From Patescibacteria group bacterium (GTDB taxonomy: Bacteria; Patescibacteriota; SICC01), in NCBI GenBank assembly GCA_040902515.1, contig JBBDXB010000006.1, positions 66,219-130,218 of the forward strand: a stretch of DNA of 64,000 nt. The letters are read 5' to 3'. The notes below the pieces were generated by a model that was given only the letters and a program-made list of their open reading frames with translations, ran no database searches and had not been told where the DNA came from. How positions within the stretch are numbered: the first letter of the stretch is position 1; every line of letters starts with the position of its first letter. Positions 26,628 to 36,460 of this stretch are shown here, piece after piece. The position numbers and the translations under genes were made by a program.

Positions 26628-27602
26628 CTAGCGCGCCTGCGTAGTGGCCGGTGCTTGGTCGGCAGGAGTCCCCGCCTTGTCCTTGAGCTGTCCGCGGGCG
26701 GCAGCCGGATCGGCGTAGCCGTGTTCCTCGAGCACGGCGGCAAGCTCATGGTTCAGCCGCATGAACACCGCCGGGCCCTCGTTCACCAGCGCCGTCCCCA
26801 CGCCGACCGCGCTGGCGCCGGCCAAGAGGTGTTCAAACACGTCGGTACCGGACGCCACGCCGCCCGCGCCGATGACCGGAAGCTTGCCGTCCAGCAGCCG
26901 ATGGAACATGTGGACGTTCGCGAGCGCGGTCGGCTTCACGTAGCTACCGCCCAATCCGCCGAAACCGCCGTTCGGCGCGATCACCTTCTCTTCCTTCTCC
27001 GGGTCGATCACGAGCGCGTTGCCGATCGAGTTGATCGTCACGACGAAGTCCACGTTCGCCTCGCGCAGCACCTCCGCCATCGCCTCGAACTGGCTGGCGT
27101 CGAAGTATGGCGGCAGCTTCACGCCGAGCGGTCGCCGGGTCACGGCGCGGCAGCTCGCGAGCATCTTCCGCGATGCCGCGAAGTCGTAGCCGAGCTGGCC
27201 CTTGCCGGCCAGATTCGGGCACGACAGGTTCACTTCGATCATGTCCACGCCGACCTTGTCGTAGGCCGCGATCATCTCTTCGTTATCGCCCTCTTCGATC
27301 CCGGATACCGATGCGATCAGCGGCTTGTTCCAGCGCTTCAGTACCGGCACCAGCTCCACATACCGCTCGATGCCGAGGTTCGGCAGGCCCATCGAGTTGA
27401 GGCTTCCCTGGGCATCGGCGTGCCACCGCGGCAGGTCGTTACCCGCCCGGAACGCCGTGGTCGTCGTCTTGATTACGATCGCCCCGGACTCCGCCTGGCC
27501 GAGCGCCTCCAGGTCGCCGGCACTTACGTCTTTCGCCCCGGCCGCGTTCATCACCGCCGAGGGGAACCGTACGCCGCAGATATCGGTCGCGACCTCGCTC
27601 AT
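26628..27602 (-). CDS. pyrD: Dihydroorotate dehydrogenase, class 1 (1A-like)
   Basis: NSMGLPN, NLSCPN, KLPPY, GGLGG..VKPTALANV. Confidence 0.9.
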   Translation of the reverse strand: MSEVATDICGVRFPSAVMNAAGAKDVSAGDLEALGQAESGAIVIKTTTTAFRAGNDLPRWHADAQGSLNSMGLPNLGIERYVELVPVLKRWNKPLIASVSGIEEGDNEEMIAAYDKVGVDMIEVNLSCPNLAGKGQLGYDFAASRKMLASCRAVTRRPLGVKLPPYFDASQFEAMAEVLREANVDFVVTINSIGNALVIDPEKEEKVIAPNGGFGGLGGSYVKPTALANVHMFHRLLDGKLPVIGAGGVASGTDVFEHLLAGASAVGVGTALVNEGPAVFMRLNHELAAVLEEHGYADPAAARGQLKDKAGTPADQAPATTQAR

Positions 27603-27645
27603 TGGTTGTATGGTAGCACGCCGGAAGTCGCCCGGCGGCAGTCGG

Positions 27646-28851
27646 CTACTTCGGCTCCAGCGCGATGTACTGGACTACCGCGCCCTTGGAATAATGGCTC
27701 TCGAAACGTCGGCCCGGGCCTTCGATCGGGTCGTGCATTACATGATACCCGTTCTTCTTCTCCAATAGGACGACGTAGTGATTGTACTGACCCGGGCGGT
27801 CCACCCAGACGATCACCGGATGTCCCGCCGCGAGCTGGCGGTCGATGTGCGCCCAGTCCACGCTGCCGGAGGGGTCGTTGGTGACCGTCAGGCGCCCGGC
27901 GGAGGCCAGATGGACCTTCCTCCAGTAGAGCAGGTCTCGTTCGAACGCCTGCACGCCCTTGAGCGCCGCGTTCAGACGGATCGGGTCGGTATCGATGCCA
28001 TGCCGCTTGAATACCATCGCCGCGGCCGCGACTCCGCATCCGTAGTCGCCGATCGTCGAGGTGCTGAAGCCGAGCGTGGCATCGGCCCAGCGGCTGTCAC
28101 ATTGGTTGAAGTAGCCGCCCTCGCCGTCCCAGACCCGGTGACCTACCCGCTCGCAGCCGGCCCGGCCGAACAGACCGAGCTGCTCGAGCTTTTCCCTGGC
28201 CGCTTCGTATTCCGACTGGAACCGGCGTTCTTCCCCGCGAGTCTGCTTGAGCACATCGGCCCGCACCTCCCGGACGGCGGCGAGCTCCCGGAACTGGCGG
28301 GCAGCCGCCAACTCCAGCTCCTCAAGGCGATGGGTGCGCGACAGCAACGTCTTGCGATCCCGCTCGATCCGTTCGCTCGTCGCGGCCAGCTCTTCGGCCA
28401 GCGCCATCGCGTAATCACCCAGCGATCCGTTGGCCGCCCGTTCGCTGAACGATTCGGAGGCGCCGCTCGAGGCGGCCAGCACCTCCCAGGCGCCCGGCGA
28501 ACCGCCGAGGTAGTCCACGCGGACCACGGACCCGAGGGACTCCTTCCGTTGCTCATACTGGTCGAGCAGCGTGGTCAGCTTCTCCGTGGCCGCATCCAGC
28601 TCCCGACGGACTGCCGTGATCTGCGCCCGGATGCCGGCCAGCGCTTCCAGCTTGGCCTCGATCGTCTCGTCGAGCACAGCCAGCTTGTCTTCCAGCGATT
28701 CGACTTCGGCGGCCTTTTCGTGGAGCCGTTGTTCGCGCTCCGCGAACTCGGCGAGCGGATCGGCGGACGCTCCCTGCGGCCAGGAAAGCGCGGCCGCCGC
28801 GAACAGGACGAGCAGTGATCCGGAAATCGTTTTTCGTTTTGCTGTCAGCAT
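27646..28851 (-). CDS. Secreted coiled-coil protein with C39-like cysteine peptidase domain
   Basis: Signal peptide, coiled coil, NQCD.RW...GCG, HYVV, HDP. Confidence 0.8.
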   Translation of the reverse strand: MLTAKRKTISGSLLVLFAAAALSWPQGASADPLAEFAEREQRLHEKAAEVESLEDKLAVLDETIEAKLEALAGIRAQITAVRRELDAATEKLTTLLDQYEQRKESLGSVVRVDYLGGSPGAWEVLAASSGASESFSERAANGSLGDYAMALAEELAATSERIERDRKTLLSRTHRLEELELAAARQFRELAAVREVRADVLKQTRGEERRFQSEYEAAREKLEQLGLFGRAGCERVGHRVWDGEGGYFNQCDSRWADATLGFSTSTIGDYGCGVAAAAMVFKRHGIDTDPIRLNAALKGVQAFERDLLYWRKVHLASAGRLTVTNDPSGSVDWAHIDRQLAAGHPVIVWVDRPGQYNHYVVLLEKKNGYHVMHDPIEGPGRRFESHYSKGAVVQYIALEPK

Positions 28852-28924
28852 CGTTTAGGTCGTTTCGGCTTTATCGTACCGCCGTGCGCACCCATGGACA
28901 ACGCGACGGGGCGCTCTCGGGTCG

Positions 28925-29710
28925 TCACTCGCCGAGCCCGAACAACCGTTCGGCGTTCGCCGTGGTCGCGGCCGCCACTTCTTCGAGCGGAATCCCTTTG
29001 ATCTCCGCGATCTTCCGCGCCGTGCCGACCATGAACGCCGGCTCGTTCCGTTCACCGCGGCGATCAGCCGGCGGCAGGAACGGCGCATCGGTCTCGACCA
29101 TCATCCGGTCCAGCGGCACCGCCCTCACCACCTCGCGCAGGGCATCGTTCTTCGGGTACGTCACCGGCGCGGTGAATGAGATCAGGAATCCGAGCGACAG
29201 AACCTCGTCGGCGAACCCCCGTGACCCCGTGAAGCAGTGGACCACGCCCGGAAGCTTCGGTAGGGTTCCGCGGACGTTGCCGAGCGCCTGCACGGTACGG
29301 TCCTCGGCGTCCCGGGAGTGGATGATCAGCGGTTTTCCGGCCGCGGCGGCGACCGCCGCCTGGCGCTCGAAGGCCTTCCCCTGCACGACCTCGTCCGGTC
29401 CGTCTTCGTAGTGTGAATCGAACCCGCATTCACCGATCGCCACGACCCGCGGGTGCTCCGCCAGCCGCCGTAATTCGTCCGCGCCTGCTTCCGTGACGTC
29501 GCGTGCATCGTACGGGTGAATTCCCACGGCCGCCCACACGTCGGGAAACCGCTCCGTGAGCGCCGCCGCCTTCCGGCTCCGCTCCAACGTCGTGCCGACG
29601 TTGACCAGTCGCGTGACACCTGCCGCCCGTGCCCGCTTAAGCACGGCCTCTTCTTCGCCGGCGAACTGCTCGAAGTCGAGATGGACGTGGGTATCGATCA
29701 GATCGGCCAT
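28925..29710 (-). CDS. tatD: TatD family nuclease
   Basis: DTHVH, GIHP, GECG, IHSR, HCF, ETDAP. Confidence 0.95.
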   Translation of the reverse strand: MADLIDTHVHLDFEQFAGEEEAVLKRARAAGVTRLVNVGTTLERSRKAAALTERFPDVWAAVGIHPYDARDVTEAGADELRRLAEHPRVVAIGECGFDSHYEDGPDEVVQGKAFERQAAVAAAAGKPLIIHSRDAEDRTVQALGNVRGTLPKLPGVVHCFTGSRGFADEVLSLGFLISFTAPVTYPKNDALREVVRAVPLDRMMVETDAPFLPPADRRGERNEPAFMVGTARKIAEIKGIPLEEVAAATTANAERLFGLGE

Positions 29711-29717
29711 GCTCCCC

Positions 29718-30866
29718 CTACCGGATCCACCGTACCCCCAGGCTCATCGGTACCGCCAATCCGATCAGCACCAGCAGGGCGGTTTTCTCGGGAAACACCT
29801 GCAATAAGGCCAGCAGGACGCTCAACTGTACGGTCAAGCCGATCGCATGGCTGGTCTCCATGCCCACGATGTACTCCAACCGCGGATCTCGGTCGGCGTG
29901 CTTGTAGTAGCGGCTGAGGTAAGACGTGCTGAGGAGCGATTGCCCGAGTCCGCTGATCAGGTTGATGCCTGCCACGTGGGTCGTGGACGTGGCAAACAGG
30001 CGGAACAGGTGGGTCCCGGACATCGTCGCTGCTCCCCGGCGCAGGTAGCGTCGCTCACCGTGGCGCTCTTCGCGCCGTCCCACGGACAGCGCCACTGCCG
30101 CGGCACTGAGCACCGCGAGCGAACTGAGTGCGCCGATGCCCGCGTACGTCGGGATGATCAGGAAGATCAGGAGCGGCCAGAGTATCCCTTCGATCACGTA
30201 GTACGTGCTGTGGGTGAAGTTGGCCGCGAAGTCGGGAACCATCCGGCGGCTGAAGTTGCGGAGCCGGATCGGCCGGTGCTTCACCACGTCGGGCGAGTTA
30301 AGCAGGATCACCGAGGCGGTCAGCATCAGGCCGGCCGCGATACCGTAGACCAGCCCGATCCCGAATACCGTGGCCAGCACACCACCGAGGGCCGGCGCCA
30401 GTCCGTGCGCCGCGATCACGACGGCATTCATCGCACCGACCTGCCGCCCGCCGCGGCGGTGCGCCTTCACCTTCGAGAAACTCGCGTGGAACGCCGGCCA
30501 GTAAAAGGCCCTGTCGGCTGCCTTGAAGACCGCAGCAAACCAGATCGGTAACCCGAGTTCCGGCAGCAAGAACAGCGAGATGAAGAACAGCGCGATCCAC
30601 AGTTCACCGAGCGCCATCACCCGGTTGGCATTGATCCGGCTGATCAGCCACCCGGACACGCCGTACAGCGGGACGGAGATCACGAACGCGATCAGGAAGA
30701 AAAGGATGACCTGCTCCACCGAGTAGCCGATCTTGAGCAGGTAGACCGGTGCCAGCACTTGGACCGAGGCCGCTCCCAATGCCGCCAGGCCGTGCGACCA
30801 ATAGAGATGGCGGAGTTCCGTCAACCGCGGCGTGTGGTAGTGGCTATGGTGGGCGAAGTTGAGCAT
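29718..30866 (-). CDS. MFS transporter (copy 3)
   Basis: About 12 TM helices, YWP motif, His-rich N-terminus. Confidence 0.85.
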   Translation of the reverse strand: MLNFAHHSHYHTPRLTELRHLYWSHGLAALGAASVQVLAPVYLLKIGYSVEQVILFFLIAFVISVPLYGVSGWLISRINANRVMALGELWIALFFISLFLLPELGLPIWFAAVFKAADRAFYWPAFHASFSKVKAHRRGGRQVGAMNAVVIAAHGLAPALGGVLATVFGIGLVYGIAAGLMLTASVILLNSPDVVKHRPIRLRNFSRRMVPDFAANFTHSTYYVIEGILWPLLIFLIIPTYAGIGALSSLAVLSAAAVALSVGRREERHGERRYLRRGAATMSGTHLFRLFATSTTHVAGINLISGLGQSLLSTSYLSRYYKHADRDPRLEYIVGMETSHAIGLTVQLSVLLALLQVFPEKTALLVLIGLAVPMSLGVRWIR

Positions 30867-30871
30867 GGCTG

Positions 30872-32026
30872 TCAGCGGATCTTCGTGATCAGGTAACTCA
30901 TCGGGATAGCGAAGAGGATGCCTGCCAGGAGCACTTCCCGTTCGGCGAGGCCGGGCAGCAGCAGCGTCAGCACCAACAGCAGCCCGAACGCGATGATCCA
31001 GGCGACCGCGCTCACCAGCTGCATCATGAACAGATACGGCAGCCCTCGCCGCTCGATGTTCTCATAGTAGGTCGTGTTGAACGCGGTGTGATACAGCGAG
31101 TACCCCACGCCCGACGCCAGGTTGATGGCGAACACGTGTGAACCGCTGATGGTGAACACCCGCAGGAAGTGTCCGAGACCGTTGATGGTAGCACCCTCAT
31201 TGACGTAATGACGCACGCCCTTGGTCTCTTCGCGGGTACCCACGTACAGCGATACCACGATCGACGTGAGAATCAGCACCGAACTCAGCAGGCCGACGCC
31301 GGCATAGCTTGGGATCACGAAGAACACGAAGAGGGGCCACGTCTGGTTAAGCGTCCCGTCGTTGTACGTCTCGGCAAGGTTGGCGATGAAGTCGCTCCGG
31401 TACTTCTTCAGTTTCCGCCAGGAAAGCTTGAACGGCTGGTTCCTGACGAAGGTCGGCCCGCCGAAGAGCGGCGCGGCGGCGACCACGAACAGTGCGATCG
31501 AGGCGATGTACAGCGCGTCGATCCCGAACTCCGTGGCGACCAGGCCGCCCACCGCCGGGGCGACGCCGACCGCCAGCATCTGCGTGCTGCTCCATACGCC
31601 GACCAGCCGACCGGTGCGCCTGTGGGCGAGATTGGCCGCAAAGGCGCCGCGGAAGGCCGGCCAGTAGATCGAGGTGTACCACGCCCAGGCGAACGCGATG
31701 ATCCAGAGCGGCCAGTGGTACGTCGGCAGCGTGAGAAGCAGCAGGAACTGCATGACGTTGCCGACCATGCTGATCACCATCAGGCGGGTCGCTCCGAATC
31801 GGTTGATCAGGCGCATCATCGGATAGATCAGGAAAATCCAGAAGATGCCGCCCAGCAGCAGGTACTCGAAGATCTGGGACAGCGTGTACCCGAGCTGGTA
31901 CAGGTAGATCGGGATGAAGATGACGACCAGGTTCTCCGCCAGGGAGCGGATGCCGTGCGCCCAGAACAGCTCTGTGATCCCTTGCAGGCGCGGGGCGTGG
32001 TAGTGATGGTGAAGGATACTCTGCAT
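30872..32026 (-). CDS. MFS transporter (copy 2)
   Basis: Paralogous to its neighbours (IFIPIYL, YWPAF, IPSYAGVG). Confidence 0.85.
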   Translation of the reverse strand: MQSILHHHYHAPRLQGITELFWAHGIRSLAENLVVIFIPIYLYQLGYTLSQIFEYLLLGGIFWIFLIYPMMRLINRFGATRLMVISMVGNVMQFLLLLTLPTYHWPLWIIAFAWAWYTSIYWPAFRGAFAANLAHRRTGRLVGVWSSTQMLAVGVAPAVGGLVATEFGIDALYIASIALFVVAAAPLFGGPTFVRNQPFKLSWRKLKKYRSDFIANLAETYNDGTLNQTWPLFVFFVIPSYAGVGLLSSVLILTSIVVSLYVGTREETKGVRHYVNEGATINGLGHFLRVFTISGSHVFAINLASGVGYSLYHTAFNTTYYENIERRGLPYLFMMQLVSAVAWIIAFGLLLVLTLLLPGLAEREVLLAGILFAIPMSYLITKIR

Positions 32027-32031
32027 ACGTT

Positions 32032-33192
32032 TTAACGGATCAGGCGGATCAACAGCGTGAGCGGCACGACCGCGGCCAGACCGGCGACCAGCACCGTCTT
32101 GTCCGGCACGACCGCGGCCAATACGAAGAGAATCCCGAAGAACACCGTGTCGAAGAGCGCGCAGGCGGTCATCATGACGTACACGTAGGGCAGGCGGGGT
32201 TCCCGGTCGGCTTCGCGGTAGTACTCGGTCGCGTACGGCGTCGAAAGCATCGCGTGACCGACGCCGCTCACCAGGTTCACCGTCGCGATCTGGCCAGCGG
32301 TCTCCGTAGCCAGCCGCGCCGCGTTGGACGTGGCTGTCACGGCCACCCCCTGGTTCAAGTATCGATGCGTACCGCGGCGCTCCTCGCGCCGCCCGATGTA
32401 GATGGCGATCACGATGCCGCTGATCACGGCCAGCGAGCTGAGGATCCCGACGCCCGCGTACGTCGGGATGATCAGAAAGATCAGGAGCGGCCAGAGGCTC
32501 GACAGCGCGACGTCATCCACTTCCGAGGAGCCGTTCGCCAGAAGGTCGCGCCAGATCCGGCGCAGCCGGAGCTTCGAAAGATCGAAGGGATCGTTCTTGA
32601 TGATCTCCGGACCGGTCAGGAGCGGCAGGGCCGCTACCACGAGCAGGACCATCGCCGCGACGTATACCGCGTTGATGCCGAACACGGTCGCGACGATACC
32701 GCCGATCGCCGGCGCGATGCCATAGGCCATCATGATCAACGCGCTGGAAAGCCCGACCGAACGGCCCGGGTGCTCGCCGGTCAGCCCTTTGGCGAAACTG
32801 GCCCGGAAGCACGGCCAGTACAGCCCGATATAAGTCCCCCAGCTCAGGGCGATCAACCAGAGCGGCCATCCGGCGGACGGCAGGGTCGCGAGCAGCACCA
32901 GCTGCGCGAAATGCACGACGAAGCTGAGCGCCATCGCCTTGTTCGTCCCGATGCGGTTACTTAACTTGAACAGGGGATACTGCAGGAGACCCCAGAACGC
33001 TGCCATGAGCAGATAGAACAGCAGGATCTCGCCCAGGTCGTAGCCGAGCTTCGTCAGGTAAATCGGAATGAAGATGCTCACCAGGTTGGTGGCGACCGAC
33101 TTGAGGCTATGCGACCAATAGATACGGCGGATTTCCGTCAGCTGCGGCAGATGGAAATGGAGATGGGAATGGGACGCTCTGAGTCCTGGCAT
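32032..33192 (-). CDS. MFS transporter (copy 1)
   Basis: Paralogous to its neighbours. Confidence 0.85.
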   Translation of the reverse strand: MPGLRASHSHLHFHLPQLTEIRRIYWSHSLKSVATNLVSIFIPIYLTKLGYDLGEILLFYLLMAAFWGLLQYPLFKLSNRIGTNKAMALSFVVHFAQLVLLATLPSAGWPLWLIALSWGTYIGLYWPCFRASFAKGLTGEHPGRSVGLSSALIMMAYGIAPAIGGIVATVFGINAVYVAAMVLLVVAALPLLTGPEIIKNDPFDLSKLRLRRIWRDLLANGSSEVDDVALSSLWPLLIFLIIPTYAGVGILSSLAVISGIVIAIYIGRREERRGTHRYLNQGVAVTATSNAARLATETAGQIATVNLVSGVGHAMLSTPYATEYYREADREPRLPYVYVMMTACALFDTVFFGILFVLAAVVPDKTVLVAGLAAVVPLTLLIRLIR

Positions 33193-33220
33193 GCTGTTTG
33201 TTTCCGGTTCTTATCTTAAG

Positions 33221-34753
33221 CTATCGTTCGCTCGGTTGCCGGGGAAAGAGCGGATCGCCGCGGCGGACGGCGGTTCCCGGCGGAACCTTCTTCCATTCGA
33301 GCAGTGACTCGGCATCCCAACCGACGGCCTTCAGGCCGAGACATCGCTGGAGTTCCGCCGCCTTGTCGGGGATGAACGGCGCGTAGAGCAGGCTCAGATG
33401 GCCGAGCACCTGGGCCAGGGTGTAGAGCGCGTCGGCGACCGGCCGACCCTCCTGTTTGTACGGCTGGGTCTCCTCGATGAACCGGTTCGCCAGGGAGACG
33501 AGCCCGTTCAGGTGCTCCAGTGCCTCCGCGAATTTCGGCGCCTCAAGCAGATTGGCCAGCTCGTGGTGCGTCTGGCCGACGTGCTCCTTGAGCTTCGGAT
33601 CGGCGGCGCCTTCCGGTACTTTGCCGCCGCACTTCTTCTCGATCAGCGTGAGTACCCGACTGGCCAAGTTGCCGAGGTCGTTGGCGAGCTCGGCGGCGTA
33701 GACCTCGGTGAAGTGGCGTTCCGAGAAATCGCCGTCCTCGGCGTACGGGAGCGCCCGCAGCAAGTAGTACCGGACCGGGTCGACCCCGTGCCGTTCCACC
33801 AGTTCGAACGGATCGATCACGTTGCCTTTCGATTTGCTCATCTTCTGGCCGTCGATCGTGAAGAAACCGTGGATGTAGAGCTTCCTGGGGAGCGGCAGTT
33901 CCGCACCGAGCAGCATCGCCGGCCAGTAGACGGCATGGAACTTCCAGATGTCCTTGCCGATGACGTGCAGGTCTGCCGGCCAGTACCGGGCGTACCGCGC
34001 ATCGTCCCAGCCGTACCCGATGCCGGAGACGTAATTGGTCAGCGCGTCGCACCAGACGTACATCCGCTGCGAATCATCACCCGGGACCGGGACGCCCATC
34101 TCCAGCTTCTTCGCCGGGCGGGAAAAGCTGATGTCCTTGAGTTCGTTGTCAAGGAACGCCAGCACCTCGTTCCGTCGTGACTCCGGCTCGATCGCGTATT
34201 CGCCGGATTCGATGACCTCCCGGATCCGTCCGCCGAATGCCGACAGCCTGAAGAAGTAGTTCTCTTCCTCGACCTGTTCCGGCGGCGTACCGTGGACCGG
34301 ACAGTTCCCGTCGATAAGCTCCGCCTCGGCGTAGTACTGTTCGCAATCGATGCAGTAGAGACCGCGGTACGTGCCCTTGTAAATCAGGTCCCGTTCGACG
34401 AGTCGCTGCCAGATCCTGATGGCGGCCGGATAGTGGCGCTCCCGGTCGGTCGTGCGAATGAAATCATCATTCGAAAGGCCGAGCGTGGTCGCGAGTTTCT
34501 TGAACCGCTCAGCGTACCGGTCGGCGACCTGCTGCGGCGTGGTTCCCTCGCGCTCCGCGGCCTTGATCAGTTTCTGGCTGTTCTCGTCGGTGCCGGTCAG
34601 GAAGAACGTGTCATCGCCACAGAGCCGGCGCCAGCGAGCGATCACGTCGGCTTGCGCCGCCTCCGTGGCATGCCCGATGTGCGGATCGGCATTCACGTAC
34701 GGAATCGACGACGTGACGTAGAACTTCTGCGATGACTGTACGATTTTTCCCAT
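33221..34753 (-). CDS. metG: Methionyl-tRNA synthetase
   Basis: HIGH, KMSKS, Zn-knuckle CIDC/CPVH. Confidence 0.97.
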   Translation of the reverse strand: MGKIVQSSQKFYVTSSIPYVNADPHIGHATEAAQADVIARWRRLCGDDTFFLTGTDENSQKLIKAAEREGTTPQQVADRYAERFKKLATTLGLSNDDFIRTTDRERHYPAAIRIWQRLVERDLIYKGTYRGLYCIDCEQYYAEAELIDGNCPVHGTPPEQVEEENYFFRLSAFGGRIREVIESGEYAIEPESRRNEVLAFLDNELKDISFSRPAKKLEMGVPVPGDDSQRMYVWCDALTNYVSGIGYGWDDARYARYWPADLHVIGKDIWKFHAVYWPAMLLGAELPLPRKLYIHGFFTIDGQKMSKSKGNVIDPFELVERHGVDPVRYYLLRALPYAEDGDFSERHFTEVYAAELANDLGNLASRVLTLIEKKCGGKVPEGAADPKLKEHVGQTHHELANLLEAPKFAEALEHLNGLVSLANRFIEETQPYKQEGRPVADALYTLAQVLGHLSLLYAPFIPDKAAELQRCLGLKAVGWDAESLLEWKKVPPGTAVRRGDPLFPRQPSER

Positions 34754-34786
34754 ACGGAGCCATTGTAGAGCACCCGGCCGAGGGAA

Positions 34787-35059
34787 TCAGCGAAGGATCC
34801 GGAAACCGTCGTAGGCGCCGGACGCCGCGGTCCGATGCTCGTCGAGCGATTCGACCCGGGCAGCATCGGGACCCGTCCGGACCCACTCGAGCAACCGGTC
34901 CAGCGTCGTATCCGGACCTTCGGCGACGATCGTCACCGAACCGTCGGGGTTGTTCCGGACCGTACCGACCAGCTCGAGCCGGTCCGCCATCGCTTTGGCA
35001 TGCGCCCGGAAGCTCACGCCCTGGACCGTTCCACGGACGGTGACCGTGAGCCGCGTCAT
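34787..35059 (-). CDS. acyP: Acylphosphatase
   Basis: G.VQGVSFR, G.VRN..DGSV. Confidence 0.93.
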   Translation of the reverse strand: MTRLTVTVRGTVQGVSFRAHAKAMADRLELVGTVRNNPDGSVTIVAEGPDTTLDRLLEWVRTGPDAARVESLDEHRTAASGAYDGFRILR

Positions 35060-35751
35060 TCCTGCCGGCCCTTGTCCGCGACCCGCACCACCGCCACGAT
35101 CTCACCTTTCGGCGGGTGGACCGCGAAGTGTGCGGCGAGCTCCGCGGGCGTCCCTACCCGGATGTCCTCGAATTTCTTGGTAATCTCTCGGGCCGCCGAC
35201 ACCTGAGCGGCGGGATGCCGCGCGGCAAGCTCGCCGAGGAGCTTTTCCAGCCGATGCGGCGACTCGTACAACACCACCGGCGAGATCATGCCGCCGAGTC
35301 GGTCGAGCTTCTTCTGGCGGCCTTTCTTGTGCGGGAGGAACCCGAGGAAGGTGAACTGGTCGCCGCCGAGCCCGACCGCGGAAAGTGCCGTGGTCACCGC
35401 CGAAGCGCCGGGAATCGGGACCACCGGGACGCCGCTGCGTCGTGCCAGTTCCACCAGACGCCCACCCGGATCGGCGATCGCCGGAGTACCGGCGTCGGTC
35501 ACCAGGGCAAAGTCGGCGCCGCCTTCCAGTTCCGCGACGATATCCTGCTCCTTACGCCCGCGGGAATGCTGGTGATACGACCGGATCGGGGTATCGATGT
35601 CATACCGGCTCAGAAGCTTCCGGGACGTCCGCGTGTCCTCCGCCAGGATCACGGCGACGTTCCGGAGCGTCTCGATCGCCCGGAAAGTAATGTCGTTCAG
35701 GTTGCCGATCGGCGTCGCGACGACGAACAGGGTTCCTGCCTGTTCAGCCAT
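35056..35751 (-). CDS. rsmI: 16S rRNA C1402 2'-O-methyltransferase
   Basis: ATPIGNL.DIT.RA, AEDTR, DAGTPAIADPG, YESPHR, REITK. Confidence 0.95.
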   Translation of the reverse strand: MAEQAGTLFVVATPIGNLNDITFRAIETLRNVAVILAEDTRTSRKLLSRYDIDTPIRSYHQHSRGRKEQDIVAELEGGADFALVTDAGTPAIADPGGRLVELARRSGVPVVPIPGASAVTTALSAVGLGGDQFTFLGFLPHKKGRQKKLDRLGGMISPVVLYESPHRLEKLLGELAARHPAAQVSAAREITKKFEDIRVGTPAELAAHFAVHPPKGEIVAVVRVADKGRQE

Positions 35752-36424
35752 CGAGCTCCTTCCGCACGGTGTTCACCAATCGTTGTGGCGACAGGGCGAC
35801 GTTGTGATGGCTGCCAGGTACCTGTTTTACGGACACGTTCGGAAACCGCGTTGAGACACGGTCCGCATGCTCCTGCGGGACGATCTCTTCCCGCTTCGGG
35901 AATAGGATGGTCGCATTCCGGAGTCTCGGCAAGTCGTCCGAAAGGTCGATCGTATGCACGAAGTCGTAGAGCTTCCGCCCCCGGCCGCCGGAGGCCCGGG
36001 CCCGGATCGCCCGTAAGGACCGGATCGCGTGCGGCAGGTTCCAGCCGCGGATGGCCAGCACTGCGTTCCGCAGGCTTTCACGAATCCGGTGGCGGTGCCG
36101 TTTGAACGGGAACAGGATCGGTGCGACGGCAACGACCTTCCGGACCCGCCGCGGATGATCGGCGGCATACTTGAGCGCGATCGCGCCGCCCATTGAGTGA
36201 CCGACCAGGTATCCCGGCGTGCCCTGCAACGCCCGGTCGATCGGATCGAAGAAGAAGTCCCAGGTAAGGTCGCCGTCGGGCAATGCGAGCGGGTGGTCGG
36301 CCGAACGGACGTCGAAATCCTTACGGAGTGCCCGTAGGAACGGCGCATAGACCGATCCATCGGCCGCCAGTCCCGGCACGAAGACCAGGACCGGCTTGGA
36401 TTGCGTGACATCCTCGACGGACAT
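35744..36424 (-). CDS. Alpha/beta hydrolase
   Basis: GHSMGG nucleophile elbow. Start at MSVEDV, 6 nt after TACACT. Confidence 0.85.
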   Translation of the reverse strand: MSVEDVTQSKPVLVFVPGLAADGSVYAPFLRALRKDFDVRSADHPLALPDGDLTWDFFFDPIDRALQGTPGYLVGHSMGGAIALKYAADHPRRVRKVVAVAPILFPFKRHRHRIRESLRNAVLAIRGWNLPHAIRSLRAIRARASGGRGRKLYDFVHTIDLSDDLPRLRNATILFPKREEIVPQEHADRVSTRFPNVSVKQVPGSHHNVALSPQRLVNTVRKELDG

Positions 36425-36460
36425 GCGTCCAGTGTACGACGGGCGCGGTATACTGTCGGC

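Noticed and set aside
36425-36460. glmS ribozyme upstream of glmS
   Set aside because: Only 36 bp of intergenic space, and the gene appears leaderless.
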